Shown here one piece after another: positions 1 to 12,520 of a stretch of DNA of 64,000 nucleotides. The translations under genes were made by a program, and so were the position numbers. Source of the DNA: Leptogorgia sarmentosa (lineage: Eukaryota); contig OZ210885.1 in NCBI GenBank assembly GCA_964658305.1, forward strand, positions 21,018,001-21,082,000, in the 5' to 3' direction. Below the pieces are notes generated by a model that did no database searches, was not told the origin of the DNA, and saw only the letters and a list, made by a program, of their open reading frames with translations. Every line of letters starts with the position of its first letter. The first letter of the stretch is position 1.

Positions 1-2615
1 CTCACCCGCTCCTTGTGTTGAGATTGGGCACCGACAGTCTGACTCGTTGATGTCCTAGTTAAATAAATAGGGAGGGGGGAGAGGGAAAACAACGAGACGA
101 GACTGAAATGGAAGGAGTGAGTGAGATATAATAAATGTGATGTTCTTTCTTTACACGCAAATACGAACGTTACTTCAACAGACTGAGCTTACTGACTGTT
201 CGAATCTCCTTATATAGGCACGGGAGTGACCGCTGAGAATAGAGCACAAAATTGCAAAAACAAATTTAGTGTTAAGCCACTTGCCTTAGTTGATGCGATT
301 CGTTTCCAGGTTTCTAGCTCGAATGAGGCATTATGCATAGCGTGTAATATAGTCAATGAAAACGTACCTGTAATGATTAACTGTACTATGGCTTTCACTC
401 GGGGTAGCAATTTCGGAATTGTCTGAGATTGAAGATGTAGGTTCATAATCGAATGGACTTCTTAAAAGTTCACTATCAGAATTTCCACTTTCCTAAAAAT
501 GTAAATTTTGACAAGGAAACGTACAATGTATTATAGTTATATCTAAAAGATTATAACTGTGAAATACTTACATTGTCATTTTCCAGCCCATCATACTCTG
601 ACGGATCTTCTTTTGATGCTATGTAAATTGCACCCTGTGAGCAGAGCGAGAGAACTTCTGGAGCATTCCACCTGAAGGATGACGATATACGTGGGGCACT
701 AAGCTTCTTTGTCCCTGGCATGGTGCTGCAAACATGCAAATATTTATGTAACTGTTTGAAAGTTGAAAAAAACCCTTCATATTGCAAACAAATGATGAAA
801 CACAAAAAAATAAATGTAAACGGCAAATTTAATTTTTACGACTTTCTGTTGTCCTAAAATCAGCAAAAATTTATAGAAATTTAAGATTAGACATATTTAA
901 CCCTATTGGTAACTTCTTTATTATGTGAATTATATTTCAGTGAAATACGATGGACAGTAAAAAAGCAGTTTTAAACATGCGTGGTAACATGAACTTAAAA
1001 CAACTAAACTGTATCTTAAACAATTACCTAAGGTAAGTGTACTCAAAGGGTAAATCATCAGGGAGATTAAATGCAGGTATGAAGACACTCCTGATTTCAC
1101 TTTCAACTTCATCCGCACTCCATGTGGATTCTATGGAGATTTTCCCAATAAGTCCCATTTCTGCTAATTTGGCCCTACTCTCTCCTTTTGGTATGGGATA
1201 AGTATCCAAATTCTTTGCAATCTTAGGCGGAATACACACAATGTCTTTGGTATATTTCTTCCCTGGCTTTGCCTGGCATGACCTAGATCTTTTTCTTCTT
1301 GGGGTTGGTGCGACTTGAACACATTGACCAAAGGCTGATGGTAATGTCTGCTGTTGTCTTGTCTGCAATAACAAGGTTAACAGACCCCAAAAATTTAAAA
1401 TACAAAAATTGGTTCCATATTCATCTATATATAAATTGCAAATGGTAATGATAGCAATTGTGTGTGTGGGCTGCTAGGTAGAATACGTGGAAGGCAATAA
1501 TGTAATATGACTTAATTACCCTTGGGTTGTTACGTGGTGCTGTTCGGTCCACATTCTGCAAATTAAGTAGAAAGATGTTTACAAAATTGCATGTTGGCAA
1601 GCATTACTTTGTTTAACTAACTGCTGTGCACAAAGATTTTTAAAATTGTACTTGTATTGATAAGACTAATTGCTTACACTTTGATTGTTGATTGGTGTTT
1701 GGTTTTCTCTCTGAGTCACATTCTGCAGTTAAGTAGAAAGATTGTTGTTATAAAATTGTTATTTTGATCATTAATTGTTAGTACCAGTATTACAAAAAAG
1801 TGTTTGCAGGCATGCATTTACTTCATTACAGTAATTAGCTCATGTCTGATTACAAAATACCTTTATATGCATTATGATGTATTGTTGCAGTGCATAAAAG
1901 CTAATCAGAATGCTTAGCCAGTATTTGCTATATTCTCCCTTTTTGGTATTATTTAAAAATCTATAAATCTAATATTCTTACCCTTTGATTATTACGTGGT
2001 GTTGATGATATTTGGCTTACATTCTGCAAATTACAACATAAAAAGATGATCACATAATGCACGTTAGGCACCTACTTGCAGGGGAGGGGGGGGGGGGGGT
2101 AAGCAGAAGATGGGGAATGGACTATTTAAAAAACAGTATTGAACTACATATTGATAAAATTTTACAAACTGCTTTTGAAATTCTGCTTAATATTATTTTT
2201 AAAAAATTTTCTGGGAAAATCTTCTTTGACTTCTTTTGTCTATTCAACCTGGTCAAATGACCTGATATTCAAGAATCAAGAGTGTGTGTTGATGTGCGTG
2301 GGAATATGATATGAAAGATTCAACATGTATATCAGACAAAAGAGAGCGCTTACCGTAGAGGTGTTCTGCACAGATGATGCACTGGCCGTCTGGGCCGACC
2401 TGGCCGGTTCATTTCCACCAGTGGTAGACTGCCCAGACTGCACAATGAAAATCAAATTTTGATTGAAAATTTTAAATTTACAATTAAATCATGAACACCA
2501 CACGTATGTATATATTTTGTATTGTGTTACTTACTGTTTGTGAATCTAACACATCGCTCACTGCCCTTTCAATGGCAGAAGACAGCAGTTTTGCCAGTCC
2601 TTCGTTGGCGGCCAT
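1..2615 (-). CDS. Multi-exon gene running off the left edge. Its N-terminal region resembles transposon-associated G2E3/HECT-like proteins, but no HECT domain lies inside the window.
   Basis: ATG at 2615 (MAANEGLAKLLSS...). GT-AG exons join in frame: 2615-2535, 2437-2354, 2023-1982, 1722-1678, 1555-1520, 1362-1028 (YTKDIVCIP..PIPKGESRAKLAEMGLIGKI..WSADEVESEIRSVF), 725-572 and 492-368. Further small exons are likely at 232-169 and ~53-6. Confidence 0.65.
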
Positions 2616-2732
2616 ATTTTAGCGATTCTTGGCGGGAAAATTTGTTGTTACTTCATGTTGCGTAGATGTAAAGAAAGACATCTGGCCGCTGACTGAACTG
2701 ATCGTGTGTTCATGCCAAGTGTAAATATATTT

Positions 2733-2915
2733 TTTTGGTTATTTGAAATAACCAAATCTAACTAAGTTGGTTATTTGATATAACCAAATATAAATAATTT
2801 GGTTATTTGATATAACCAAATCTAACTAAGTTGGTTATTTGATATAACCAAATATAACTAAGTTGGTTATTTGAAATAACCAAATATCATTAAGTTGGTT
2901 ATTACAGAAAACCAT
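2733..2915. repeat. Tandem array of ~32-bp self-complementary units (TTGGTTATTTGA[A/T]ATAACCAAAT...), probably subterminal repeats of the element carrying the upstream gene
   Basis: About 5-6 copies are visible, each forming a GGTTAT...ATAACC hairpin. The array lies between the gene ATG and a candidate terminus at ~3004 (...GGCGCCTCATA). Confidence 0.85.
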
Positions 2916-3005
2916 TTTTTTATTTAATGACAGTGCTTTAATGATTTGAAAAAACCAAACAAATAACGAAATTTTGAGCGTTAATTTACACATGGCGCCT
3001 CATAA

Positions 3006-3623
3006 GCCTACACTGCTAAACAATCAGGTTTCCAAGCATATTTAAATGGTCAACGCCAGTTCAGATGGAACATTAACTGCAGCCTTGCCAAAATACAGAA
3101 CATTGTCTCCTCGTATGAATCTGGCCTGATTCCGAAGGAAAATATTGATTGTGCATGGTACAAGGAATTTCCTCCAGATGTAAAAATACAGGATGTCAAT
3201 AAAAGCAAGCAGGCGGTACAGCACATCAACAGTACAATACAAGAGATTAAAAAGTGTAAAGACAAATTACTGAACAGAAAAAAAGAACTCTTTGGGGAAG
3301 ACATGGAACCCAAGCCATGGGCCAGCAATGAAATTGCCTATGTCCAAGAAAAGGTTGAAGAGGTAGAAAAGCTGTTAAATGAATCTGAACAATTGGTCCA
3401 CAATGTGGAACATGTTAGTAATCAACTGATAAAAAGGTTTGATCCACACTTGGTGCATCATGATGAAAGGAAACGGAAACTAAAGAGAGCCAAAGAACAG
3501 AGGTCAAAAGCAAAGAAAAAAAGAGAAACTGTTGCAATGTCAAAGTTGAACAATCAGACAGATGGCATAGATTCTTCGACTGATTCTGAAGAAGTTGTGG
3601 ACATTTTAGATGAGGAACTTTAA
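3006..3623 (+). CDS. 5'-truncated ORF of unknown function with a coiled-coil/basic region and acidic tail, probably TE-derived
   Basis: The frame of the 3303-3623 ORF stays open upstream to 3006 (~205 codons). It is followed at ~3780-3820 by a TIR-like end (...AATGACCGGTCCCTAA). Confidence 0.4.
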   Translation, partial: AYTAKQSGFQAYLNGQRQFRWNINCSLAKIQNIVSSYESGLIPKENIDCAWYKEFPPDVKIQDVNKSKQAVQHINSTIQEIKKCKDKLLNRKKELFGEDMEPKPWASNEIAYVQEKVEEVEKLLNESEQLVHNVEHVSNQLIKRFDPHLVHHDERKRKLKRAKEQRSKAKKKRETVAMSKLNNQTDGIDSSTDSEEVVDILDEEL

Positions 3624-3819
3624 TGATAGGCTTTCTTATATCCTTTGTATTGACATTATTTTAGTATTGACATTATTTTACTGGTGTTATGATTTTTTTT
3701 TACCCAACCATTTTAATATGTAATTTTTTTTCTACCCAACCTTTTGTGTTATATTTTTTTTGGTTACCCAACCATTTTCTCTTCGGCCCCAACCCTAGGT
3801 ATAAATAATGACCGGTCCC

Positions 3820-4100
3820 TAAAGGTCTGATATGAGAATTAGTCTGCAACTCAAACGGAAATGCATGTGAACTTCAAGTGCTTTTTTTCATTACCTATTC
3901 TATAGAAATTTTTTATTTCCACATATGTTATTCAGAAAACACTGATATATCATACAATGTATAGCTTGGCCTGGGGACCGAATGATATCAATGCGTTTTT
4001 TACTTTGAACATTGATGTAATATGATGCGTTTCGGAGGAATATGCATGTTAAATTTCAAGTCATTATCTCGCTTCATTCTAGCCATAGATTTTTCATTTT
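3820..4100 (-). repeat. Partial copy of the ~375-bp satellite, reverse orientation
   Basis: Reverse complement of the units at 20803-21620 (CTTGGCCTGGGGACCGAA, GAGAATTAGTCTGCAACTCAAACGG). Confidence 0.9.
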
Positions 4101-4640
4101 TGTATTATAAAGATAGGTAATTGGACCTCCACGGGGCGTTTTCGGTGGTTAATGTGGTACTCATAGGTTCCCTAGGAACGTTCATTGTTGAACTGAAATT
4201 CAAAGGGTCCTATTGGACTTTCCTTCAACTGATGTTGTAGGTATTTGTTTGATCTCGTCTGTTGTATAGCTGTTGTATGGCAAAACACAATATTCGCGCA
4301 GGGTCTATATCATAAGACCGTCCTGCGAGGTGTTTTATCGGAAGACACGCATATGGCACGAATACACACATATTATACACATTCCACGTGCACACAATTA
4401 AAAACGTGAAAAATATGAAGAATAAAGCTAGAATCAATGCATTAAAAACTGTGAATGGTGAGAGGAAGGGATTGTGGATATGGTTGTATAGTTCAGAACT
4501 CAACATATCTATGTATGTTGAGCTAGGCCATCATATAATTCAAAGAGTCTAGGATGAATAGACCTTACTTTTGAAGAATATTGGCGAGATTATGATAATC
4601 ACTCGCAGACGAGTTTTATTTGGTAATGTAATTTTTTGGC

Positions 4641-4678
4641 CCTCGACGCGTTTCGGTCCTAAGACCTTCATCAGGAGG
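4641..4678 (-). ncRNA. Minimal type I hammerhead ribozyme of a Penelope-like element
   Basis: The minus strand reads CCTC-CTGATGA-A-GGTC-TTAG-GACC-GAAA-CGCG-TC-GAGG. It has the conserved CUGAUGA and GAAA cores, stems I and II, a palindromic ACGCGT stem III and a GUC cleavage triplet. Confidence 0.9.
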
Positions 4679-6003
4679 GGCTTTTCTGTTGGTTGTTGTT
4701 CTTTTTAGTTTTGTGTATATGATGATGGTGGGTGTGGTATGGATTAACCAGTTTACGGAGGGGAAAAAAAAAACACACACACACAAAAACACACAAAAAC
4801 TCACAGAATGATATATTGCGTGGTAGCCCATATCTTCCAGCCATAATGTCAGTTAGATGTAAAACTAATTCACAGTGAAGTACAACGTTTGGTGTTGTGT
4901 TAAATGTTCGCGTATGCGAAATGAGCAATTGGTATATCTCATGTATTATATTGGTACATGTCGTGACGTCATTATATATGATAGCGTTGGATATTGTACA
5001 TGTGCTAGTTGGATGTGATTGACGGGGGGTGTTTGGAATGTGTATTAGTAGATGGTTCTGTTGATTAGTAGGATGAGTGTCTGTGAACTATTTGTCAACA
5101 CCACCCTTTTACCGATTAGGCAGATCCGATATATATACACACATATATACATATAGTGTCAATACATATTGTTTGAGTAATGTTACATAAGTATATATAT
5201 ATTACACACACATATACACGTTACAATTGTGTATATATGTACACATTTTTATATCTATACATATGGATGTTACAAAAATTATTTGTACAAGGTCTGTTAT
5301 ATATGTGCGAAGCACCTACATCTTACATACCTATATATGCACATACATTTATATGTACACTATTATACACATCTTCACGTATATGAAAATTATTACTATA
5401 AGAATTATATTATTAAGAATTATATTATAATGTATTTATAACCACCCTTATAGGTATTATTTTATAAATAAGGGAATTGGAATACACCGGAGATATACAT
5501 GGATGTTGGGAGTATGTACAGCATTATACATACACATAGTTCCGACCCAATATATAATATATATATATATATATACACACATATAGAGATACGTACACGT
5601 GTGTACGTTAGTTGTAGGACCAAATCGGATGTTTTTTGGCTATATTCCCAGCGGTTATTTATGCAGATTATTTATATATTATGGGTTGGGAGATTACAAA
5701 TTGGAGGATTATACAGTTAGTACTACAAATTGGGGACCTGGGTTGGTTTACAAATCTGGATATTGGATGTTGGATGTTGTGTCGTTGCAATGTTCCATTA
5801 TCTTTCGCCTCGCAAAAACTTTTCCAGGGGTACGTAATATTAATATCCTTTGTGGTGTCAATAATGTTATACCAGTGTTCGGGTTTTGTTCGTCTTCTCC
5901 CCATAAATCCGGCGCGTAAGTGTCTTAGTCTTGATATATGGTTTTTGTTGTTTGAGGAAGCCTGACTAGTATAGTGACTGGGTAGATTTGGTAGTATGCT
6001 GAG

Positions 6004-7315
6004 TTAGTCGCTGAGTTTATCTCCGGTCTTTTTAAGTTTGGTTTTAACCAGCATGTCTTTGATATTTTTATTGCGTTTGAATGCGACCATAGGTATGTCT
6101 GGCCATAATATTTGGAGTGTTGGGTCCCTTTCTATTAGGTACCAGTGTTTTTTGAGAATTTGTGAAATGTGTGTTGTGTTATCGTTGAAGGGAATGTTAA
6201 ATGTTAGTCGGTTTCTCGTTTTAGTGGATTTGTCACTGTAAAGTATTTGTGTTTGTTGTGTGGCCTTTTCGAAGGCCTGATCGATATTATGACCTTTGTA
6301 TCCTCTGGTCATTAGGATGATTTTAAGTCGTTCTAGTTGGTTGCGTAATAGGTTGTCGTTTGTGATTAGTCTCCTGTAACGCAGTGCCTGGCTTTGTATT
6401 ATTCCAAGTTTGCAGGAGTTTGGGTGGAAGGAGATGTTGTGGAGTAACATTGTTTTATCGGTTGGTTTGATGTAAATATCAGATTCTAGTTTGTATTGTT
6501 TGTTGACGTATATTTTTGTGTCCAGGAAATGTACGGTTTGGGATGAGTATTCATACTCAAATTTGATGGTGGGGTGTGAGTCATTCATGTATTGGAGGAA
6601 TCGTATTAGGGATGTTTCACCATGGCACCATATAGCAAAAATGTCATCCAGAAATCTGATCCATTCAAGAGGTATCAGGCTTTCTGGTGCATTGCTAAGG
6701 ATTTTACCTTCTAGGGTGGCCATGAATATATTGGCGTATGAAACAGCCATGGGTGTTCCCATAGCAGTCCCGTGCGTTTGTAGATAGTATTTATCGTTTA
6801 ATTGAAAGTAGTTGTTCCCTAGTATTAGTTCAAGTATTTTTTGGATCATCTCGGTGTTGATTCCCGTCGTGTCGTGTTTTATCAATTGTGTAACGGAGGC
6901 GTCAATTCCCTCTTTGTTCGGTATGTTCGTGTATAGACTTTTCACATCTATCGTGATGAGTATATAGTCCTTCGGTAGTGTTTTGTTGAGTTTAAAGATG
7001 TGTTTGAGAAAGTCGGTCGAGTCTTTGACATACGATGGTATGTGTTGTATGAGTGGCTTGAGATAAACGTCTACAAATTGTGATAACCTGGCGGTAGGAC
7101 CTTCACATCCGGAGATTATAGGTCTTCCTGGCACGTCAGGTTTGTGTATTTTTGGAAGCAAGTATAGTGAAGGCTTCCTGATTGTTCTATCAATAGTTAG
7201 GAATTTGTATGTTGTATAGTCAATGAGTTTGTTGGTGAAAAAGGTTTTGATTGTGTCATTTATATTAGTGATCAGTTGAGGAAATGGGTCTAGATTGATT
7301 GGTTTGTAGTTATGT
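6004..7315 (-). CDS. Penelope-like reverse transcriptase, N-terminally truncated, with no GIY-YIG domain
   Basis: PLE RT motifs: LYLLPKIHKP..PGRPIISG, TIDVKSLYTNIP, GTAMGTPMAVSYANIFM, WIRFLDDIF, VHFLDTKI, YIKPTD, AFKRNKNIKDMLV. Confidence 0.9.
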
Positions 7316-7443
7316 GTTTTTGCCAGTTTAAAGTAAAGGTGTGATATGAGAATTAGTCTGCAACTCAAACGGAAATGCATGTGAACTTCAAGTCCTTTTT
7401 TTCATTACCTATTCTATATTTTTATTTTCACATATGTTATTCA
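7313..7443 (-). repeat. Partial copy of the ~375-bp satellite, reverse orientation
   Basis: Near-identical to 3823-3933 and to the reverse complement of the 20.8-21.6 kb units. Confidence 0.9.
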
Positions 7444-10400
7444 TATTATTATATCATGAATATTAATGCACATGTATCGTAAAATGGCTTTTTTTTCTCT
7501 GTGAAATGTGATTTATGCCGCCCCCCTTACCACCATTATTGAAGTAAGAACTATATTTCTTTTTATTATAAATATATATATATATTTTTTATCTATTTTA
7601 AAAATACTGGTTAATTGTTTTTTCTCCACGACCTCTCCCTCCATGTGACCCTCTTTTTCTTTTGCGGTCATATTTGAAAAGCGGACAAGCTCTTTTTATG
7701 TGGCCCTTCTTTTTGGAATGATGGCATATTCGTTCTAAAAGGATTGTAAAAAAATAGTAATTACAGCATTAATATTCGAGCTGCAAGGTGTCAATTAGTT
7801 GGTGCAATCATACTGATATTTCAAATCCTTTGTTTGAAGGATGTATATAATCTTTCAGGTAGTTAATCGTATAGTTTTATTTACAGTTATGCTAACATTA
7901 CCGTCAGTAAATGTCTGGCCGGCCTGGTTTTCGTCGAAGGCGTCTTTTTCTAAGTCGAAGAAATGAGCTGTGTTATACATGGCTACAGTTTTATTTTTCG
8001 GTAGGTTTCATTTCTAAATTGGCATTTCCGCACAGGATGCTTGTCAGTAGCAATGGAGTTTATCGCTTGCTCGTATAAGGAAATGCCTTTGAAACATGTT
8101 GATACGTTGTGTCATATCAATATGGCAAATGACCATTATCTTAATCATGTATCTCATACCAAACAACGCCGCAACAAGAATATTTTTTATTCAATACTAT
8201 TTTTTCTGTGCAGTTGAATAAATTTGCTGGCAGAAAATTACATGTATTTATGTGATTCAATATACCTTTGCGATCGTTCTGTTCTGCCATCCAGGTTTTG
8301 AACAATTCGAACACTGTTAAAATTAATATTGCATGTGAATGGAATCACTGTGCTCGCACATATTGAAAAAAAAACCCCACCTGACTTCATATGCATGCTT
8401 GTGCCATTTAAGATTACTTACTTTTTACGAAGTCTTCTGGAGGCTGCGTGTCAGATGGCGAATTATGGGTTACTTGCGCTGTATGAATGAATCAAATCTT
8501 ACATTAGTTTTTATATCTAACCATTTCGTTTAATACTAATACAATTGTACAAAGTATAATATAATTTGGTAATTTGCTGTGAATTCGCGCTGTTTGGTCA
8601 TGACAACAGCTTCAGCATATGGTGATTTGTATTTTGGTAATTTTAATCGACCATGGTCAGACGTACGTACATTGTTCTTCCATTTCAGATGTGTCTCCGG
8701 TTTGTTCCATATTCATTATATAGTTTCAATATTCATTATATAGTTTCAATATCTTCCTGGCGTGGCTCTTTCTTCTTAACTCTTGTGAATTGTGCATGGG
8801 TTCTCTCGTGTCGGAAGGTTTTATATAATTTGGTCAGCCAATATGTATCAGATACGTCACAAAATTGAAACCGGACGATCCAAATTAAGTTTGGGTTCGG
8901 TTTAATAAAAGGTGTGGGCAATGCAGTTCCATAAAAGTATGATTTATATAGAAACTATTGCAAGTCGTGATAATGCAGTTTGAAAGAGATCTGTATATTA
9001 TTTTTACATTGTATACGTATAAATTACAGTATGTATATTTCGCCGTTATAATACACACTTGGCGGCAACTCGTGTGTAGCTAAATGACCGCTATAAGCAT
9101 CATTTCCGTTTTTGAAGATGTTTTAAGTAACTCCTATCATAACAATTTAAGTAGGTGTTAGTCTTAATTATCGTCGGCTGTCAGTTCCTTAACATCAGTG
9201 TTATGTTTTTTTCGACAAATCGACAATTCTCTGTTACGTGTGTTTCATTTCATTCGACGCTAAGTAAAATTTTAGTATGTGATCGCCGAACAATTCATTT
9301 CATCTAGCTAACTTACACCCCGCGTGATAATGGCAACAGAGAAGGCCTGGTATTATTAGTCTGCCCATTAAACAAACGGTGATAGATTTGAAGTGGCACT
9401 TCTTAATCCCTTAATTGCTGTGTATTTTACAAACTGTAGTGCTAACTTGTGTCCCATCTGTGGTCTATCGAGGTTGCAACTGCAACTTTATTAAATGTTA
9501 TAAATCGACCATCTTATGTTTTCGTGTATGTTATTCGTAATTGCTTTTGCTTTTTAGTGATTGTCAAAATTACTCAATCTGTTAGAGTTATATCATCGCA
9601 CGATTCTCGTTTATAGCATGTGGGACACCTGGAACAGGAAACAGTTGTATTTTATACAAACTGACCAATCGTAGTTGAAAGACATCACGCGAATGAGCTA
9701 AGTGAATGTAGTAACTAAAATTTTTCGTTATCTGACATGTGAGGTGTCTATACTGCAAGTGCACAAATTACATAGTTACTCCTACGGTTATATATTGGAA
9801 AAGTTTCAGCTTGTTCGAAAACTGCTTACAATGGTATGTATGCTTATAAATATATATGTTTTTCCCTGTTAATTGTTTTTTTTTGCAAAGCGCATGTTCA
9901 TAACTTCTTGTCACTGAATTCTTTCCTGATTAATAGGTGTTCACAAAAAAACAAACGCAGTAATGCATACAGTATTACTTTGGAAAAACTGATCGAAAAC
10001 ATGCTTAAGTGCGATGGGGATCCGGGTGAAGGATGGAGAAGACCAGATGGCTTTTGGGCAAAATTAGTCTTGATGTCTGGTTTGAAAAACACTAGCAATG
10101 AGCGGAGGGCCATGTATGATCTGTGGAAGAAGAATTGGAACGGAGTGGAGGATCACTTTATACACTGGTCGACAAGACGGCTTTGCAGGACTTTGTGAGC
10201 CAATGTGAAAGGCACTCAAAACAGTCATGAAGAAAAGGTAAAAGTGTTTTCACCGTAAGAACGATTCCATTATGGGTAGTATATTCTATCGCTTACATTT
10301 GTTCAGCTTTAACATACTTAATTCACTTTTACCTCGAGCTTTTACACAATAAAGCCCTCTGGCTAGAAATCCTGTAGTTGATAGGGGCGAGGTCGTAACA

Positions 10401-11987
10401 AACATATGTTTCCCATACTTTAATTGCGTTCGGTACACTCTAACAAATTCAAATACTGTCTTCTTTTCCATTTTTTCTCACTCTAAATTCAATTCTGCCC
10501 AATACTCTAAAATAACGTTATTCAAACTGTTGCTACGACGTAAAACCTACTTCAGCAGCGAAATCGCGCGTTTTAGCACAGCTAGTTGCATCTCAGTTCC
10601 CAACTGCATATATTCGTACGGTCAAGTCATTTCCATAGACAACTTCTACAAACAAATGCGCAAATATCTACAAACAAGTGGCAATAAGTTTTAAACTTAT
10701 TTGCACAACTTCGGTGACAATATGGTCACGAAAAAGTGCCTACTATAAGAATGCGCCAAAAATAGTTGACTTCTTGTGTCAAGCCTATTGCTTAAATGAA
10801 CAGATTATCGTCATAAAACAGCTAGCGCCGGGGATAAGTAAAATTTTAAAGCCATGTATACTCTTATTCATTTTGCAATAATTTAACCTAGTAAAATTTA
10901 CGGACAAAATGTATATAGTTCTATGAATAGTACTATGCTTAGACAGAGAAGATTACTTTGCTCGTAGTTAACGCACATACTGAGCTTCGTCATAGATTGC
11001 TTGATATTTTTTACTTATCTACCGTTCAAGCTAAACTGCTTTAGATACAACCGATCCCAGGTGGTTTACTAGTTTGATTATATTTGATAATATTTAAAGG
11101 GAAAAATTGCCGCCCCCCCTCTGGCAAGACAACCGCATTGCAGGACAGTAGCTGTTGAGCACGAAAGTTTATCATTTGTCTTAATCACTCTTAAACATTG
11201 CGCTATGAATAATAAAACGAAATTGAAAAAAAAAGTAGTTGCAACTAAAAAAGGAGATGCCTATAACATTCTCAACTGCATGTATACAAAATTATACAAA
11301 CGTACAAAATTCGGCAACTTCGCAAAGTCCTAATTTCCTTACTTTACAATATCTTGCAAGCAAACTTAAAAAATTTTGTAAACGTGACGTAAAATACTTT
11401 GACAAAACTGGTATATTTTGACAATAGTAGGCAGCCATATTAAGTATTTTTATACGCATTAATACCTAAGCAAATAATCAAACATCCGCGAAAGTAAAAA
11501 TGACATATAACAGTGAATTAGAAAGTTCAACAATAATACTGCGATTCCATCGCTGACATTTGCATTTAAGTCCTCTTGTGATATATATAGTTATACTTAT
11601 ATCGCGTCTGAGATATATGTTTATCATCTTTACGCAGGATGAACAAGTGCAGTTTCCATTGCCAACCTCGAACCCCTACGAAGTTTTACAAGACGAGTTG
11701 GCAAGTATATTTATGTGCTAAAACTTCTACTATAAAAGCATACTACCAAGTAAATAGTACCATTCATGGTGTCTGAATACTACTAATGCATGCATCGTTA
11801 CACATCATGAATATTCATTTCGAATTTGCTTTATAGGTTTCAAAACCTGAATTATTCGAGCCAGATCAAGCAGCGATGATTCTGTCAATTTCTGTGAGTT
11901 GACATTTATACATACAAAAATTATTCATATAGTACCTTACAGTAAAATCAGATATAGTTGATTTATCATGTTTACGATAGGGTTTTG

Positions 11988-12141
11988 TATATCGATAGCC
12001 TACTAACCTTTCTGCCTAAGTCCATTATGGCCTGTTGGGAGATTTTAGTTCATTGGAGTTGGTTTATGAGACATTTCCATATAAAATCTCCCAACAGACC
12101 AAAATTGACTTAGGCAGAAAGGTTAGTAGGCTATCGATATA
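11988..12141. mobile_element. Small palindromic MITE in an intron
   Basis: About 70-bp inverted arms: TATATCGATAGCCTACTAACCTTTCTGCCTAAGTC...GACTTAGGCAGAAAGGTTAGTAGGCTATCGATATA. Confidence 0.8.
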
Positions 12142-12520
12142 TAGAATGATTTGTAGTGGGATGTTTTTTTAGGGAACTGGGGCAACTATTCCACCTGGCA
12201 AAGATTTATTCACTTTGAGTGATCTACGCCAGGAAATAGATAGGTTTGTATCGTCGCCAGCAGGTAAGCAAGGTTTTTCTGTGAATCTGGATGAATTTCC
12301 TCCACTAGTTGATACGGTGGAATCTAGTTACATTGCGACAAACGAAAACCACGAGGATATGGTAAATGAGGTTATTGAAAAGGTAAGACCTTCGAATGTA
12401 GATAATCTGCCTAACATTGTAAAAAGCGCAAACAATCTGAATATTACATGTACACAGAGAACGTCAAAAAGAACAAGACGCATACCAAAAGTTTTCACTC
12501 CGAACAGTAACGACAATAAG

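Larger units (their letters stand above)
4600..7315 (-). mobile_element. 5'-truncated Penelope-like (Neptune-type) retroelement
   Basis: RT ORF followed by ~1.3 kb of TA/CA-microsatellite-rich 3' region that ends in a hammerhead. The 5' end is fused to satellite. The 3' boundary is approximate. Confidence 0.85.

Noticed and set aside
5180..5965. Several short ORFs in the PLE 3' region
   Set aside because: This is low-complexity TA/CA microsatellite sequence with no domain motifs.
7316..7380. N-terminus MHFRLSCRL... of the 458-aa PLE ORF
   Set aside because: It is encoded by satellite DNA fused at the 5' truncation point and is not part of the RT.
7445..9800. Left TIR of the MULE-like polyprotein element
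   Set aside because: I could not find a matching inverted repeat at 18.2-20.8 kb by eye, so the element boundaries are left undefined.
10262..11550. 9-bp direct repeat CGATTCCAT bounding 1.27 kb of intron, as a possible TSD
   Set aside because: There are no convincing TIRs, and a 9-mer match within a span this long is expected by chance.
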